Below are positions 9,657-18,966 of a DNA stretch of 26,221 bases, piece after piece. Each line of letters begins with the position of its first letter. The stretch's first letter is position 1. Made by a program: the position numbers and the translations under genes. This DNA is from a virus. Taxonomy: Duplodnaviria; Caudoviricetes. The stretch is from IMG/VR virus record IMGVR_UViG_3300046830_000018, positions 1 through 26,221 of that record; one strand, written 5' to 3'. The notes under the pieces were generated by a model. It made no database searches. It worked only from the letters and a program-made list of their open reading frames with translations, and had not been told where the DNA came from.

Positions 9657-10559
9657 TCAATCTCCCAGGTAGGACTGGATTTGAGTCAGGAGTGCTGCGC
9701 CACCAGCACCACCAATGCCGGACCCTGGCGTGCCAGGACCAGAACCAGCCGATGGCGTCTTGAGCGCATTCATCGAGCCGTAAGTAGAGAACCCTGTCGC
9801 GATACCACCCAGGGCAGCAGTGCCAAGGTTGGTCAAGAACGCTGCTTGGCTTGGCGGTGCGCCTACCCTGCTCGGCGGTGGCGGCGAGATCATCGTCGGC
9901 AACGGCGGGAACGGCTTGATCGGATCCAGAACTTCCGTGGGGTTGTAGAAGTCCTGGCTGTTGTATCGGCTCAGGTACTGCGTCACCGCACCTGCCTGCG
10001 CCCGTGTGTACTGCCGGTCTCGGATCCCTTTGTTGATCGACTCCAGCGTCATCTGATCGCCCAGCTGCATGGCGTAGTTATTCACCATCCGGTCAACGCT
10101 GTTGCCTTCGACGTTCAGCGCTTGCACCGAAGACCGGGCCTGCATCGCCCGCCAGGTGTATTGCTGCTGCGCAACTGCCGCGGCCATCTCCGCCTCCATG
10201 TAGCCATCAGAGATGGCAGAGGAGTCGCTTACATACGCGGCGCCAGCGTTGGCTCGCGTCTCAAACACCACGCGGGCCTGCTCGGCTTCTTTCAGGAACT
10301 CGACGTTGCGTTGCGAATTCGCGAAAGCCTTCCCCTGGTTGTAATTAAAAGTGCTCTCCCAATACTTGTACTGAGCGTTGGCATCCGCCACGCGAGCGTT
10401 TAAGCCTGCCTGCCATGACGAGAAACGGTTGTTCGCTTGCTGAAACGCAAGGTCATCGGCGTACTTCTGCCGGGCAGCAGCGTTCTTGCCAAATGCACCG
10501 AGAGCACCAGTAGTCGCGTTAATGCCCCCAGCGATGAGAGCCATGGTGAACGGTTCCAT
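9657..10559 (-). CDS. Internal virion protein, gp14-like, 300 aa
   Basis: N-terminal MEPFTMALIAGGINATTGALGAFG, Ala/Gln-rich coil, EGNSVDR (GxSV motif), Pro-rich linker, then Gly-rich hydrophobic helix; gp14 position. Confidence 0.75.
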   Translation of the reverse strand: MEPFTMALIAGGINATTGALGAFGKNAAARQKYADDLAFQQANNRFSSWQAGLNARVADANAQYKYWESTFNYNQGKAFANSQRNVEFLKEAEQARVVFETRANAGAAYVSDSSAISDGYMEAEMAAAVAQQQYTWRAMQARSSVQALNVEGNSVDRMVNNYAMQLGDQMTLESINKGIRDRQYTRAQAGAVTQYLSRYNSQDFYNPTEVLDPIKPFPPLPTMISPPPPSRVGAPPSQAAFLTNLGTAALGGIATGFSTYGSMNALKTPSAGSGPGTPGSGIGGAGGAALLTQIQSYLGD

Positions 10560-11005
10560 CAGGCAGCCCTCCAGAACTCACAGAACAAAGCGGCTGAATG
10601 ACCCATTGGCCTGGGGTCGGCAACAGTGAAACCCAGATGTTTTAGCCACCGGATGCTCTCTGTGTTCTTGGAATAAACGTCATTGCCGATGGGCATCCCA
10701 GCAACATCCAGACAGTGCTGAACCCATCCTCGCCCTTCATTGCACAATTGCAAACGTCGGCGCCTTGTCGCGGTCAATTCATCGGTTCCCAGCATCCAAA
10801 TCCGGTCCCCGTTCAACCCGGTGAGGCCCACAGGCTCGCCAGCGTCCGTCTCAATGCACCGGCAGATGTCGCTGGACTCCCAACTGCCCACCACCGCCTC
10901 CAGCGGATCGGTCTGGTGGCTAAGCCAAACCTCGATTCGATCAGCCTCTCGGAGATTCCGAGCGATCGAAATCACCTTTTCTTCTGTCGGCCTGCCCCAC
11001 TTCAT
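10559..11005 (-). CDS. gp13-like protein (internal virion protein A, acetyltransferase-like fold), ~148 aa
   Basis: NLREADRIEV...IWMLGT...NDVYSKNTESIRWLKHLGF...FCEF typical of gp13-like proteins. Start moved to ATG 11005 (ATGA overlap with the gp12 stop) rather than 11065. Confidence 0.8.
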   Translation of the reverse strand: MKWGRPTEEKVISIARNLREADRIEVWLSHQTDPLEAVVGSWESSDICRCIETDAGEPVGLTGLNGDRIWMLGTDELTATRRRRLQLCNEGRGWVQHCLDVAGMPIGNDVYSKNTESIRWLKHLGFTVADPRPMGHSAALFCEFWRAA

Positions 11006-13560
11006 TGCATTGACCTCGCTCTTGTCGTCACAAGTGCAATCCATTCGCAAGTCGAGAACTTGCAAGGGATGGGCTTGCTGCTCCTTATCTCAACAAGTAT
11101 CTGCTCGCCTTGCCCGTAAATCGGGACGCTAAACACCCCCTCGAAAAAGCGAACGCTGTCAGCGTTGAACTCACTCATTGGCGGCTTGCCGATCGCAGCA
11201 TTCCGCACGGCAGAGATTGTGCCGTCGTAGGTGTAGACGCCACCTTCCCTGAACTCAGGAAGGACGTGGACCTCGAAATAGCCAGCTTCGTGATAACGAA
11301 GCTTTGCTGTACGGATCTGCGTTCGCACTGCGTTGGCCGCGGCTTTACCCCCGCCGATCTCGCGGGTCATCTTGAACTTGGTGAACCGATACCGGAACTC
11401 ATACGGCTCACCGCACATCACATCAACGTTTCGCCAGTCACCACGGGCAACGATCGTGGTGCCACTGCTGGCCTCGCCAACCAACACAGGGCCGGTGCTT
11501 GCGGGGCTGGCCATGTCCCACATTGACCAGATCTGCGTTGTCGCCTTCATCTCGTAGGGGACGGTGAAGGTCGACTGCTTGGTGTATTCGTCGTAAGTGG
11601 GCGCCCCAATCCGCAAGGCCGCTGGTGTCGCCGTTGTGCTGGTGACGCGACGATCAAGCAGCAAGGCATAAGGGGCGAATCCGTCCGTTTCCTCCTGCCT
11701 GTCCTTCACTGACATGCGTTCGAGGAACACGTCGTCGCCGTACTGCGTCAACAGGTACAGCTCTTCCTGGACACAGAGCACCTGGAGGATTGCATCGGCC
11801 CCTGTCATCTCGAAATGACTCCAGCTGGACTGAGCACGCTCAACCCCGCCGCCTTGGTTCCGATAGAAATACTTGTAGGTGTAGATCCGGTTTTGGTAGT
11901 TGATCCCGCCGGGACCTGCCGTGTGACGCCCGCTGATCGCGAACACCGCGTTACCGGTGTCGTTCACAGTCATCTTGAAAATCTGAGACGGGATGTAGCT
12001 GGAGACGTACCCGGTCAGATCAGCGGCATCAGCAGTTAAAGCAGTTCCTGCGCCACGGACACTGAACTCACGCATCTGAGTCCACTCACCGTTCTGCTGA
12101 GCGAAGATGATTCCACCGCCGGCCTGCTGGGGCCTGACGTTGGTGTCGACCTCAAACTGCGTCAGCACAGTCAGCTGCGCTGTCTTTGGCGTCAACACCG
12201 TCTCCGCAGCGTTGAACCTGAATTGGTACTGAGCCGAGAAAAGGATCAGCTCGTCTTGATATGGAACTGCAAAACGCAGGACCGAGACCTTGTTGTTGCT
12301 GGCGACAAGATCAATCGGGTCCGTGTCAAGGATTGTCGTTGTCGTCTCAGGGAAGAAGTCGAAGAACTTCCTGGTCTGACTGAGGATGATGTTTTCATCC
12401 GCTAAAAGGCCAAGTCGATTCTTGTAGATGAAAACGTCGTTGATCGGGTAGCCAATAAAGCTGGGGTCAGGTGCGGTCTCGTAATCGCCGCATGTCCTCT
12501 GCCCCCATGACGGCAGCCCACCAGGCACTCCAGAAACGGCCGCACCATCTGCAGGGCCGAAATAGAACTCGCTGCCGCTAGTGCGCACCAACAGGTGCGG
12601 CATGGTGGCGGGGTTGACCTTGTACTCAACTCCAGGGCTAACCGTCTCTAACCAAGCGCCTTCATTGAACTCGCCGTTTGGGTTTTTGACATCAGCACCA
12701 CGCGGCTCAAACTCGACGTAGTAATTGTCGAAGTTATTGCCAGGGTCTCCAGTGATCTCGACTTGATAGCCAACTGGGGCAATCGTTGGCAGCTCAGTAA
12801 ATGCCTGGACTGAGCCCAGGATTGCAGTGATGTCAGCGTTAGATCTTGCGTCTGAAACCTCAACCGAGATAGGGCTATTGCCTCTGAGCCAGATGACAGA
12901 GCCAACGGCATTCATCGTCAGGCCTGTGCCGCCAAGGCCAACGATGATCGCCTCAGCAATCTCCTCTGAACTGATCCGGTTCTCCGTAATCGTGGTGCCG
13001 TCGCTAATGACTGGCGCGACTGGTGTCGTGACCTCAACGTTGTTCCCGTTGACATTCACGATGTATTTCTGGCCGTAGTTAGCGGCCCGCACCCAGATCA
13101 AACACTCATGCGCAGCAGGACGAGAATTGGCTGGTGCCAAGTCCGAACTCATCGCCGTGGGTGTGTTCAGGTTGCAGATGAAGGTGTAGTCAGCAACCGT
13201 GACCGCACGAATCTGCGAACGAGCGTCAGTGACGCTGCTCAAGTAGCTGTAGCTGGAGGCGCTGGTATTGACTGTGTACTCAGTCCCATCCAGCCCGAAA
13301 ACCTTGATTCCAGTCTTCGTGATTACAGAGAGATACTCTTCACTCTGATCCCGCAGGATCGAATGGATGAAAGCATCCCCAAAAGGGGTGGAGCTGACTT
13401 TGGCAATGGTTCGCGTGAAGTCACGCTTCCGCAAACCCTCAGCAATGGAAGACACGCCATTGATCTGAATTGCGCCCTGCGATGGGTCACGCTGCGCATC
13501 AGGTTGCTGGCTTATCCCCTGGATCAGGTTGGGGATTGCATAAGAAACAAGATCAGCCAA
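11002..13560 (-). CDS. gp12: Tail tubular protein B (nozzle)
   Basis: IPNLIQGISQQP N-terminus, VADYTFICN, MPHLLVR, PSFIG...YKNRLGLL, FFDFFPET, DPID, QSSWS motifs. Likely TTG start at 13560 with GGAGGT SD 7 nt upstream. Confidence 0.93.
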   Translation of the reverse strand: MADLVSYAIPNLIQGISQQPDAQRDPSQGAIQINGVSSIAEGLRKRDFTRTIAKVSSTPFGDAFIHSILRDQSEEYLSVITKTGIKVFGLDGTEYTVNTSASSYSYLSSVTDARSQIRAVTVADYTFICNLNTPTAMSSDLAPANSRPAAHECLIWVRAANYGQKYIVNVNGNNVEVTTPVAPVISDGTTITENRISSEEIAEAIIVGLGGTGLTMNAVGSVIWLRGNSPISVEVSDARSNADITAILGSVQAFTELPTIAPVGYQVEITGDPGNNFDNYYVEFEPRGADVKNPNGEFNEGAWLETVSPGVEYKVNPATMPHLLVRTSGSEFYFGPADGAAVSGVPGGLPSWGQRTCGDYETAPDPSFIGYPINDVFIYKNRLGLLADENIILSQTRKFFDFFPETTTTILDTDPIDLVASNNKVSVLRFAVPYQDELILFSAQYQFRFNAAETVLTPKTAQLTVLTQFEVDTNVRPQQAGGGIIFAQQNGEWTQMREFSVRGAGTALTADAADLTGYVSSYIPSQIFKMTVNDTGNAVFAISGRHTAGPGGINYQNRIYTYKYFYRNQGGGVERAQSSWSHFEMTGADAILQVLCVQEELYLLTQYGDDVFLERMSVKDRQEETDGFAPYALLLDRRVTSTTATPAALRIGAPTYDEYTKQSTFTVPYEMKATTQIWSMWDMASPASTGPVLVGEASSGTTIVARGDWRNVDVMCGEPYEFRYRFTKFKMTREIGGGKAAANAVRTQIRTAKLRYHEAGYFEVHVLPEFREGGVYTYDGTISAVRNAAIGKPPMSEFNADSVRFFEGVFSVPIYGQGEQILVEIRSSKPIPCKFSTCEWIALVTTRARSMQ

Positions 13561-14215
13561 TTCGGGCACCTCCGAACATTCCGCGGCGCAGACCGGACTC
13601 TGCGCTGTAGGTAGGCATCGGGACAGAGAACGGCCCGCCCGTCAGCGAATTTGGCTGTGACTGTCCGTACTCAACCCTCATCAATTCAGCCAGCGCGGCT
13701 TGCTCATCAATTGCGGTGTAATTAACCAGCGAGTCAGCGCCGAGCATTCGCGAGGAAAACACTCGCGCCGAACGGATTGTTGTCCACCTGTTAAATGCCT
13801 CAGGGCTTTCGTCCCACGACAGCAGCCAAATCACATCTGCCTGAATGGGCGCATTGACTGGGTCGATCTGAAACGTTCTGTTCTTCTTGTCGTAAACCCT
13901 TGTGCCCCTCAGGATGAAACGCCCGTCAAGTTGGTAAGGGTCGACATTCCACTTCACCACTGAAGTGGGGACCTTTACTTCACCAGTTCCAGAGTCAACG
14001 TCAAACGGATAAGCCTGCTCTGTGTTCCATGACCAACCACGGCTCTGCCCTTCCTTGGCGAATTCGAGCAGCGTTCGCTCTGCAACTCGCGCATCTTGAA
14101 TCTGCTGGTTCTCCAGCGAATCCACCGGCATCTCGCCGATATTGGTGAGCAAGACATTGACGGCGTCCAGCAGCGTCGTCCGCCCCGGAGTCGCCGCCTG
14201 CTGGGTGTTCGCCAT
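13553..14215 (-). CDS. gp11: Tail tubular protein A (adaptor)
   Basis: LDAVNVLLTNIGEMPVDSL, QSRGWSWNTE, RGTRVYDK, RSARVF; directly after capsid. Confidence 0.93.
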   Translation of the reverse strand: MANTQQAATPGRTTLLDAVNVLLTNIGEMPVDSLENQQIQDARVAERTLLEFAKEGQSRGWSWNTEQAYPFDVDSGTGEVKVPTSVVKWNVDPYQLDGRFILRGTRVYDKKNRTFQIDPVNAPIQADVIWLLSWDESPEAFNRWTTIRSARVFSSRMLGADSLVNYTAIDEQAALAELMRVEYGQSQPNSLTGGPFSVPMPTYSAESGLRRGMFGGARIG

Positions 14216-14221
14216 CTGTCA

Positions 14222-14237
14222 TCTGCACAGGTGATGT
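14222..14237 (-). promoter_or_regulatory. Conserved motif between capsid terminator and gp11 (putative promoter/operator)
   Basis: ACATCACCTGTGCAGA on the minus strand, preceded by TACCAT; near-identical to the copy before the SSB gene. Confidence 0.6.
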
Positions 14238-14255
14238 CCTAATGGTAAAGCTCAC

Positions 14256-14288
14256 AAAAAAAGGGGCCAGGTCCGAAGACCCAGCCCC
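14256..14288 (-). terminator. Rho-independent terminator after major capsid gene (Tphi-equivalent)
   Basis: Minus strand GGGGCTGGGTC-TTCG-GACCTGGCCCC-TTTTTTT: 11-bp GC-rich stem (with G-U pairs), UUCG tetraloop, U7 tail. Confidence 0.93.
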
Positions 14289-14315
14289 CTCGCTCATGCT
14301 TCTTGAAAGTAGCAA

Positions 14316-15356
14316 TCAGGCGGTGCCGATAGAAACAGCACACTCAGCACGCAGCACACCCATGCCGATGCTCTGACGAGCAACCATCAGGGTGGACTGG
14401 TGAGAAACATTCCAGTCGCCGCTGGTCACCTGCAGAGCAGGGGACAGCAGGGTCAGAACGCCTGCGCAGTCCTTGTGGAACACAAGGCCCTTGTTGTTGC
14501 TGAGATCCTGGGCGTACTCACCGTTGCAGTCACCAGCAACCAGGCTGTAGGCGTCCTGGGTGACGTGGTTGCTGGAGAAGATGGGGATACCAGCGACCTG
14601 CATGGTGCGGCCATCGGCGATGGTGCCGTTGGAACCATTGCCACCGTTGAAGTCGGTGTTGATGGCACGCGACGACATGGTGATGGCGTAGTAGTCCTCA
14701 GGTCCGAAGACTGCATAGAGGTTGTCCGTGGGGACATCCTTCTTCTCCATCGCAATGCGAGCGTCGAAGATGCTGTTCACCAGGGCATCACCCTTGGCCT
14801 GGCGGGTGGCGTCAGCAGCGGTGTAGTCGGTGCCCAGAGTGACCTGAGCGCCAGTACGGCCGGTGTTGATGGCCTTAGCCAGAGGCTCGGTGCTGTTGGC
14901 AGCAGCGGCGTAGATGATGCGAGCGACACGCTTGTCGTACTCATAGGCAAGAGCCCTTCCCAATTCGCGCGTTATCTCCTGCCTGGCTGGCCAGTAGGCC
15001 ATCAGCTCGTCGACCTCGGCAATCGCTGCGTCAGCCACCATCAAGGAATCGAGGGTGAGCACCCGCTCGTTCAGATCTGACGGGTCGTTTGTGCCACCTG
15101 TCAGTTCGGTCCCGGGCTGGTGATACGCAGCCTCCTGCTTACCGGTGATCGGGAAGGCCATTGACTTGCCGCCCCGGATGTTGCGCTCCTTGGTCTTGCC
15201 CTTGAAAACGCAATACTCCTCGAAGGCAGAAAGCACCTCCGCGGAGCCCAGCTTCAGGAACAAAGCGCGGTAGCCGTCCTGAGCAGTAGCACCGGCAGTC
15301 CATGAACCACCGGTGCCCTTAATTTGACCTACTCGTTTGAGATCAGCGTCAGCCAT
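14316..15356 (-). CDS. gp10: Major capsid protein
   Basis: ALFLKLGSAEVLSAF, RNIRGGKSMAFPITG, YHQPG, ELGRALAYEYD, VAGIPIFSSNH, GMGVLRAECA; follows scaffold. Confidence 0.97.
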   Translation of the reverse strand: MADADLKRVGQIKGTGGSWTAGATAQDGYRALFLKLGSAEVLSAFEEYCVFKGKTKERNIRGGKSMAFPITGKQEAAYHQPGTELTGGTNDPSDLNERVLTLDSLMVADAAIAEVDELMAYWPARQEITRELGRALAYEYDKRVARIIYAAAANSTEPLAKAINTGRTGAQVTLGTDYTAADATRQAKGDALVNSIFDARIAMEKKDVPTDNLYAVFGPEDYYAITMSSRAINTDFNGGNGSNGTIADGRTMQVAGIPIFSSNHVTQDAYSLVAGDCNGEYAQDLSNNKGLVFHKDCAGVLTLLSPALQVTSGDWNVSHQSTLMVARQSIGMGVLRAECAVSIGTA

Positions 15357-15362
15357 GACGAA

Positions 15363-15428
15363 AGAAAATTGAGGTTTGCGTAGGGTGCGCAGCCTCTCAA
15401 TCTTCTCGGTTATCCCCGCGGGGGCCGA
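15363..15428 (-). promoter_or_regulatory. Structured 5' leader of the capsid mRNA (two adjacent hairpins)
   Basis: AGAAGATTGAG pairs with CTCAATTTTCT (11 bp, one G-U) around an inner TGCG/CGCA stem; upstream TCGG-CCCCCGCGGGG-ATAA-CCGA hairpin. Confidence 0.55.
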
Positions 15429-15432
15429 TCAG

Positions 15433-15448
15433 TTGCAGTGGTGCAGAC
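15433..15448 (-). promoter_or_regulatory. Conserved motif upstream of capsid (phi10-equivalent position)
   Basis: GTCTGCACCACTGCAA, 14/16 identical to the tail-fibre copy. Confidence 0.65.
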
Positions 15449-15464
15449 TTCCCTGCCCCCAAAG

Positions 15465-16325
15465 TTAGAACACATCACTGTTACTGAGAAGTTCTGCGAA
15501 CTTCTGCTGATAAGCAGTGTCGACCTCGTAAAGCTTCCGACCGCGTGAATCACGCTTGTTCATCGCTTCCATCACCTCAGACTTGCTGCTGAACTTGCGG
15601 GGTTCTGCAGCAGGCGCTTGACCGCGAATCAGCTTGGGCTCAGAAGATGTTGGCCCTTGAGATTTGGCTTGCATTGCTTTTAGTGCCCAACGGATTGCGC
15701 TCTTGTTTCCGCTGTCGACAACAGCGTTGTAATCAGCCAACTCAGCAGGATCCAGGTTTGCCTTTGCCCAGCCAGACAGCTGTTGGAACGCTTCCTGCCC
15801 GCCAACTTCAGACATGATCTGCGCCTCATCAGCAGCAGTCATCTCAGAGACAACAGCATCACCGGCTTGCGCTTTGGAGACATAGTTCTCGACCACTTGG
15901 CGGGGGACACCAACAGCTTCAGCCAAGGCGTCGTAGTGCTCACTGATGTCACTGCCGTTGTCGGCTTTCCACATCAGCTCAGCCATATCCAGGCCAGCCT
16001 CATTCACTGCATTGACGATGTCATCGCCATAGACCTCGACAGCCTGCTCAGAGGTGTAACCATCTGAAGCGGACGCTTCAGCGGAGTCAGTGGACGACTG
16101 ACTCTGCTTTCTCTCCAGCTCTTGATAAGCACGAAGCAAGTCCTCATTGGTCTTGAACTTCCCGCCAATCAAGTCCGAATCCTGCTGTGGCTCAGCCTGC
16201 GGCTCAGGCTGTCCCATGAACTCAGCAGCCAGCTCTTCCTGGCCGGGTCCGACTAATCCCTCAGCTCCCTCGAACTGCGGGTCGTACCCGACGGGCACGG
16301 TTTGTGCCGGTGTGATGTCAGCCAT
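15465..16325 (-). CDS. gp9: Capsid assembly scaffolding protein
   Basis: LIGGKFKTNEDLLRAYQELERK, VGGQEAFQQLSGWAKANL, FSSKSEVMEAM...YEVDTAY; between portal and capsid. Confidence 0.92.
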   Translation of the reverse strand: MADITPAQTVPVGYDPQFEGAEGLVGPGQEELAAEFMGQPEPQAEPQQDSDLIGGKFKTNEDLLRAYQELERKQSQSSTDSAEASASDGYTSEQAVEVYGDDIVNAVNEAGLDMAELMWKADNGSDISEHYDALAEAVGVPRQVVENYVSKAQAGDAVVSEMTAADEAQIMSEVGGQEAFQQLSGWAKANLDPAELADYNAVVDSGNKSAIRWALKAMQAKSQGPTSSEPKLIRGQAPAAEPRKFSSKSEVMEAMNKRDSRGRKLYEVDTAYQQKFAELLSNSDVF

Positions 16326-17943
16326 TGGTTTCCTCAGTGGGTGTGTTCATTTCCTGGACAGTTGCGGCAGCAGACGCAACGCCCTGGGGATTTGCAGCAA
16401 GCTCTTGAGCCATTTGTGCTTGTTGAGCTTGTTGCATTTCAGCAGCAATTTGCTGCTCTGATTTAACCAGACCCAGAGGCGAAATACCCATGCTGCTACT
16501 CAATCTCTTGATCAACTCCGTGTTGTTGATGTAGGTCGCCATACCCTCAGGGCCAAGCGCTTGCTGGAGAATTTGAATAAACCGTGCAGTCTTTTCGAGG
16601 TCATTGCCGCGGCCCACACCAGACAAGCCCACGCTGACCATTGGCTGGACAAGTCCTTCCGGCAAGCGCTGCATTCCTCCCTGCCGCATATAAAGTTCGA
16701 GGCGTCTTCTGATATACGGGGCTTGGAATTCACTGGTCAGAATTGCGTAGACATTCCCGAGAGCATTTTCCGTTTGCAGGGTTTGGATGCGGACTTCTTC
16801 CGCTGTAACCCGCTCTGCATCTCGCATCTCGGCCAACATGAATGATGCCGCCAACCGCTGTTCAATTCTCTGAAGCGCGGTGAAAGCAACATTGATGTCA
16901 CTCCCCTTGTCAGTTCTGACAGTAAATACGTCCTCTGGGTTGCCCGGCAGATAAGCGCCGTTCGCAGCATCAGCAAGTGTCTTCGCATTGGTCACGCCAG
17001 ACGGCTTAACCAGATGCTTTACCTGGGCACTAACTAATGCACACTCAGACACTGCTTGAGACAATGCCTCTGCAGTTTGCAGGTCAGCGATGCAAGCTGA
17101 CTCGATGTAGCCAGGGCCATAGCTGCTGGCCTGGAACGAGGTCATCCGTAGCGGCAGCCACGGTGACGTTGACTTTTTCGAGTTACCCCTGGTCCCCTCA
17201 ATCTCCTTCTTGTTGATCTCCTGCCACCAGCTGACGCTTTCACCTTTCCACTGAACGCAGGTGTAAAGGTCGACCGTCCTCTCTGGCTGGCCGGTGTTCA
17301 TCGGGTCAGACGATTCGTCCATCCCATAGAACTCCTCGTCATCTTTCTGCAGCTCACCGCGAATACTTGCCGGCAACTGCTCAATCGCCATCGTTTCGCA
17401 AACAACAGCCGTCAGCGGTTCACCCACTGGATCGCGCAGCAGCACATAACGATTGAGCGGGTAGCAAACCAGACCGTCGTCGCCGACATAAACCAAGCAG
17501 TTGCCTGAAACGATCAAATGCAGCAGCGCCTCATGCACCACCACGCGGTCGTTGCTGGTCTCGATGCTGCGCAGAATTGACAGCTCAAGCTTGTTCAGCG
17601 CCAGCTCCATCTCCGACTGGATGGATGCAACCTCATCAGGGGACATGCCCTGATCCAGCATCTGCGCTTCCTGCTTCTCCATCTCGACTGGGTCGAGGGT
17701 GAAACGGAAGAAGGCTTCCGTTGGAGGCAAGATCGCCATCAACAGCTTTGCGCTGAGGTTGTTGCACCCGCGCTGGCCGATCCCGTTCCACGGCAGCACA
17801 TAGCTGTCGTAGTTCTCTTGCGAGGGAGTGTTTGACCTGGGGATCAAATACGGGATGGTCAGGGACGCCGAACGGCGTGCCCGATCCAGCCAGTAGTTCC
17901 GCTCGCTCTGCAAGCCGTCGTAGATGCTTTGGGCTGACTTCAT
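16318..17943 (-). CDS. gp8: Head-to-tail connector (portal)
   Basis: ASLTIPYLIP, GQRGCNNLSAKLLMAILPP...FFR, LIVSGN, PWLPLR, RDAERVTAEEVR, LGNVYAILTSEFQAP; 541 aa. Confidence 0.96.
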   Translation of the reverse strand: MKSAQSIYDGLQSERNYWLDRARRSASLTIPYLIPRSNTPSQENYDSYVLPWNGIGQRGCNNLSAKLLMAILPPTEAFFRFTLDPVEMEKQEAQMLDQGMSPDEVASIQSEMELALNKLELSILRSIETSNDRVVVHEALLHLIVSGNCLVYVGDDGLVCYPLNRYVLLRDPVGEPLTAVVCETMAIEQLPASIRGELQKDDEEFYGMDESSDPMNTGQPERTVDLYTCVQWKGESVSWWQEINKKEIEGTRGNSKKSTSPWLPLRMTSFQASSYGPGYIESACIADLQTAEALSQAVSECALVSAQVKHLVKPSGVTNAKTLADAANGAYLPGNPEDVFTVRTDKGSDINVAFTALQRIEQRLAASFMLAEMRDAERVTAEEVRIQTLQTENALGNVYAILTSEFQAPYIRRRLELYMRQGGMQRLPEGLVQPMVSVGLSGVGRGNDLEKTARFIQILQQALGPEGMATYINNTELIKRLSSSMGISPLGLVKSEQQIAAEMQQAQQAQMAQELAANPQGVASAAATVQEMNTPTEETNG

Positions 17944-17945
17944 GG

Positions 17946-18476
17946 CTAGATGCTGAGGTTGGAACCAGACCCGCCACCAGTGCCCGTCTGGCCGATGCTC
18001 AATGACGCTGTGGTCTGGCGGCTGCCTTTAGAGGTGGTTCGACGTTTTGATTGGGTCGCGGTCTTGCCTTGCTTGCCGCCCTGCTTTGAAAGCACCTCAA
18101 GCGACGAAGCCACTGACTCGCCAGCCGCCAAGGCCTCACCACGACGCCGCTCTGCCCGCTCAGTCGCGACTCGCGCAACCTCTTGCTGCTCTGCCGTTCG
18201 AGCCCGCGCAGCGTCCTGCCGCGTTGACATCTCCGCCAACCTGGCCGCCTGTTGGTCACGGAGTGTTGCCGCCTGTTGCTGGCTTGCCGCGAGTGCTGCC
18301 GCCTGCTGGGCCTCCAGATCTGCCCTCCGCCGGTCTTGCTGGCGGGCCTCAATCCTGCGCTGCTGCGCAATCCGATCCAGCTCTCTCTGCCGCGCCTTGG
18401 CCTCCTGATTTGCTTTCTTCTGCTCCTTCCGCGCCTTGCGGTTGGCCTCTTTCCGCTTGCTGTTTCCGCTGCACAT
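17946..18476 (-). CDS. gp6.7/gp7.3-like small virion protein, 176 aa
   Basis: MC start, basic coiled-coil, C-terminal SLSIGQTGTGGGSGSNLSI resembling the gp7.3 tail; immediately upstream of portal. Confidence 0.65.
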   Translation of the reverse strand: MCSGNSKRKEANRKARKEQKKANQEAKARQRELDRIAQQRRIEARQQDRRRADLEAQQAAALAASQQQAATLRDQQAARLAEMSTRQDAARARTAEQQEVARVATERAERRRGEALAAGESVASSLEVLSKQGGKQGKTATQSKRRTTSKGSRQTTASLSIGQTGTGGGSGSNLSI

Positions 18477-18478
18477 GA

Positions 18479-18955
18479 TCAGACCCCGATGTTGAGACCG
18501 CTGCCCGCCTGAGCAGTAGCGGAAGGCGAAATCTTCAGAGTGCTCTTGGGCTTCTTCTTAGGCTTGATCGTGGTAGTCGTTTGCGCGGCAGGCGCCTCGC
18601 TCTCGGTAGCTGTCACTCCATACGCGCCAACCGGCGTGTACGTTCCGCCAGCCGCAGCAGCAGCGGCTTCAGCAGCTTGAGCAGCCTGCTCGGCGGCAGT
18701 GGCGCCTTCTTCAATCCCAGCTGTCTGTTCCTCCAATGCCGACAACTCTTCGTCGAATTTGGTCTGGAGGTCTGCTGTGTCCTGGTTGGCCTTATCAATC
18801 TGCGCCTGAATCGTCGCCGCAGTAGAAGACTGCTGCTCTGCGATTTGTCGCTGGAAATCTTCAAGCTCCCGCTCTTGCCGCCTGATGTCGTCCTTGGAAG
18901 GGCCTTGGTATTTGATTTCTGGGGCCTTAGGGGCCGAGCCGCCGCCGAAACACAT
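18479..18955 (-). CDS. gp6.7/gp7.3-like small virion protein, 158 aa
   Basis: MCFGGGSAPKAP start (gp6.7-like), acidic coiled-coil, C-terminal KSTLKI...GSGLNIGV. Confidence 0.7.
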   Translation of the reverse strand: MCFGGGSAPKAPEIKYQGPSKDDIRRQERELEDFQRQIAEQQSSTAATIQAQIDKANQDTADLQTKFDEELSALEEQTAGIEEGATAAEQAAQAAEAAAAAAGGTYTPVGAYGVTATESEAPAAQTTTTIKPKKKPKSTLKISPSATAQAGSGLNIGV

Positions 18956-18966
18956 GGGTTTGCTCC

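Noticed and set aside
9312-10403. 363-aa plus-strand ORF and many other long antisense ORFs (e.g. 3284-3955, 14400-15080, 22239-22946)
   Set aside because: They lie opposite clearly identifiable minus-strand genes and have Arg/His-rich, motif-free composition typical of shadow ORFs in GC-rich DNA.
11028-11042. TGCACTTGTGAC near the gp13 start (phi13-equivalent copy of the motif)
   Set aside because: Deviates from the core and lies inside gp12 coding sequence; too weak without a PWM scan.
14001-14315. 104-codon ORF in frame directly after the capsid stop (possible gp10B-like read-through extension)
   Set aside because: It crosses the strong terminator, overlaps gp11 out of frame, has no domain-like sequence, and I saw no slippery site.
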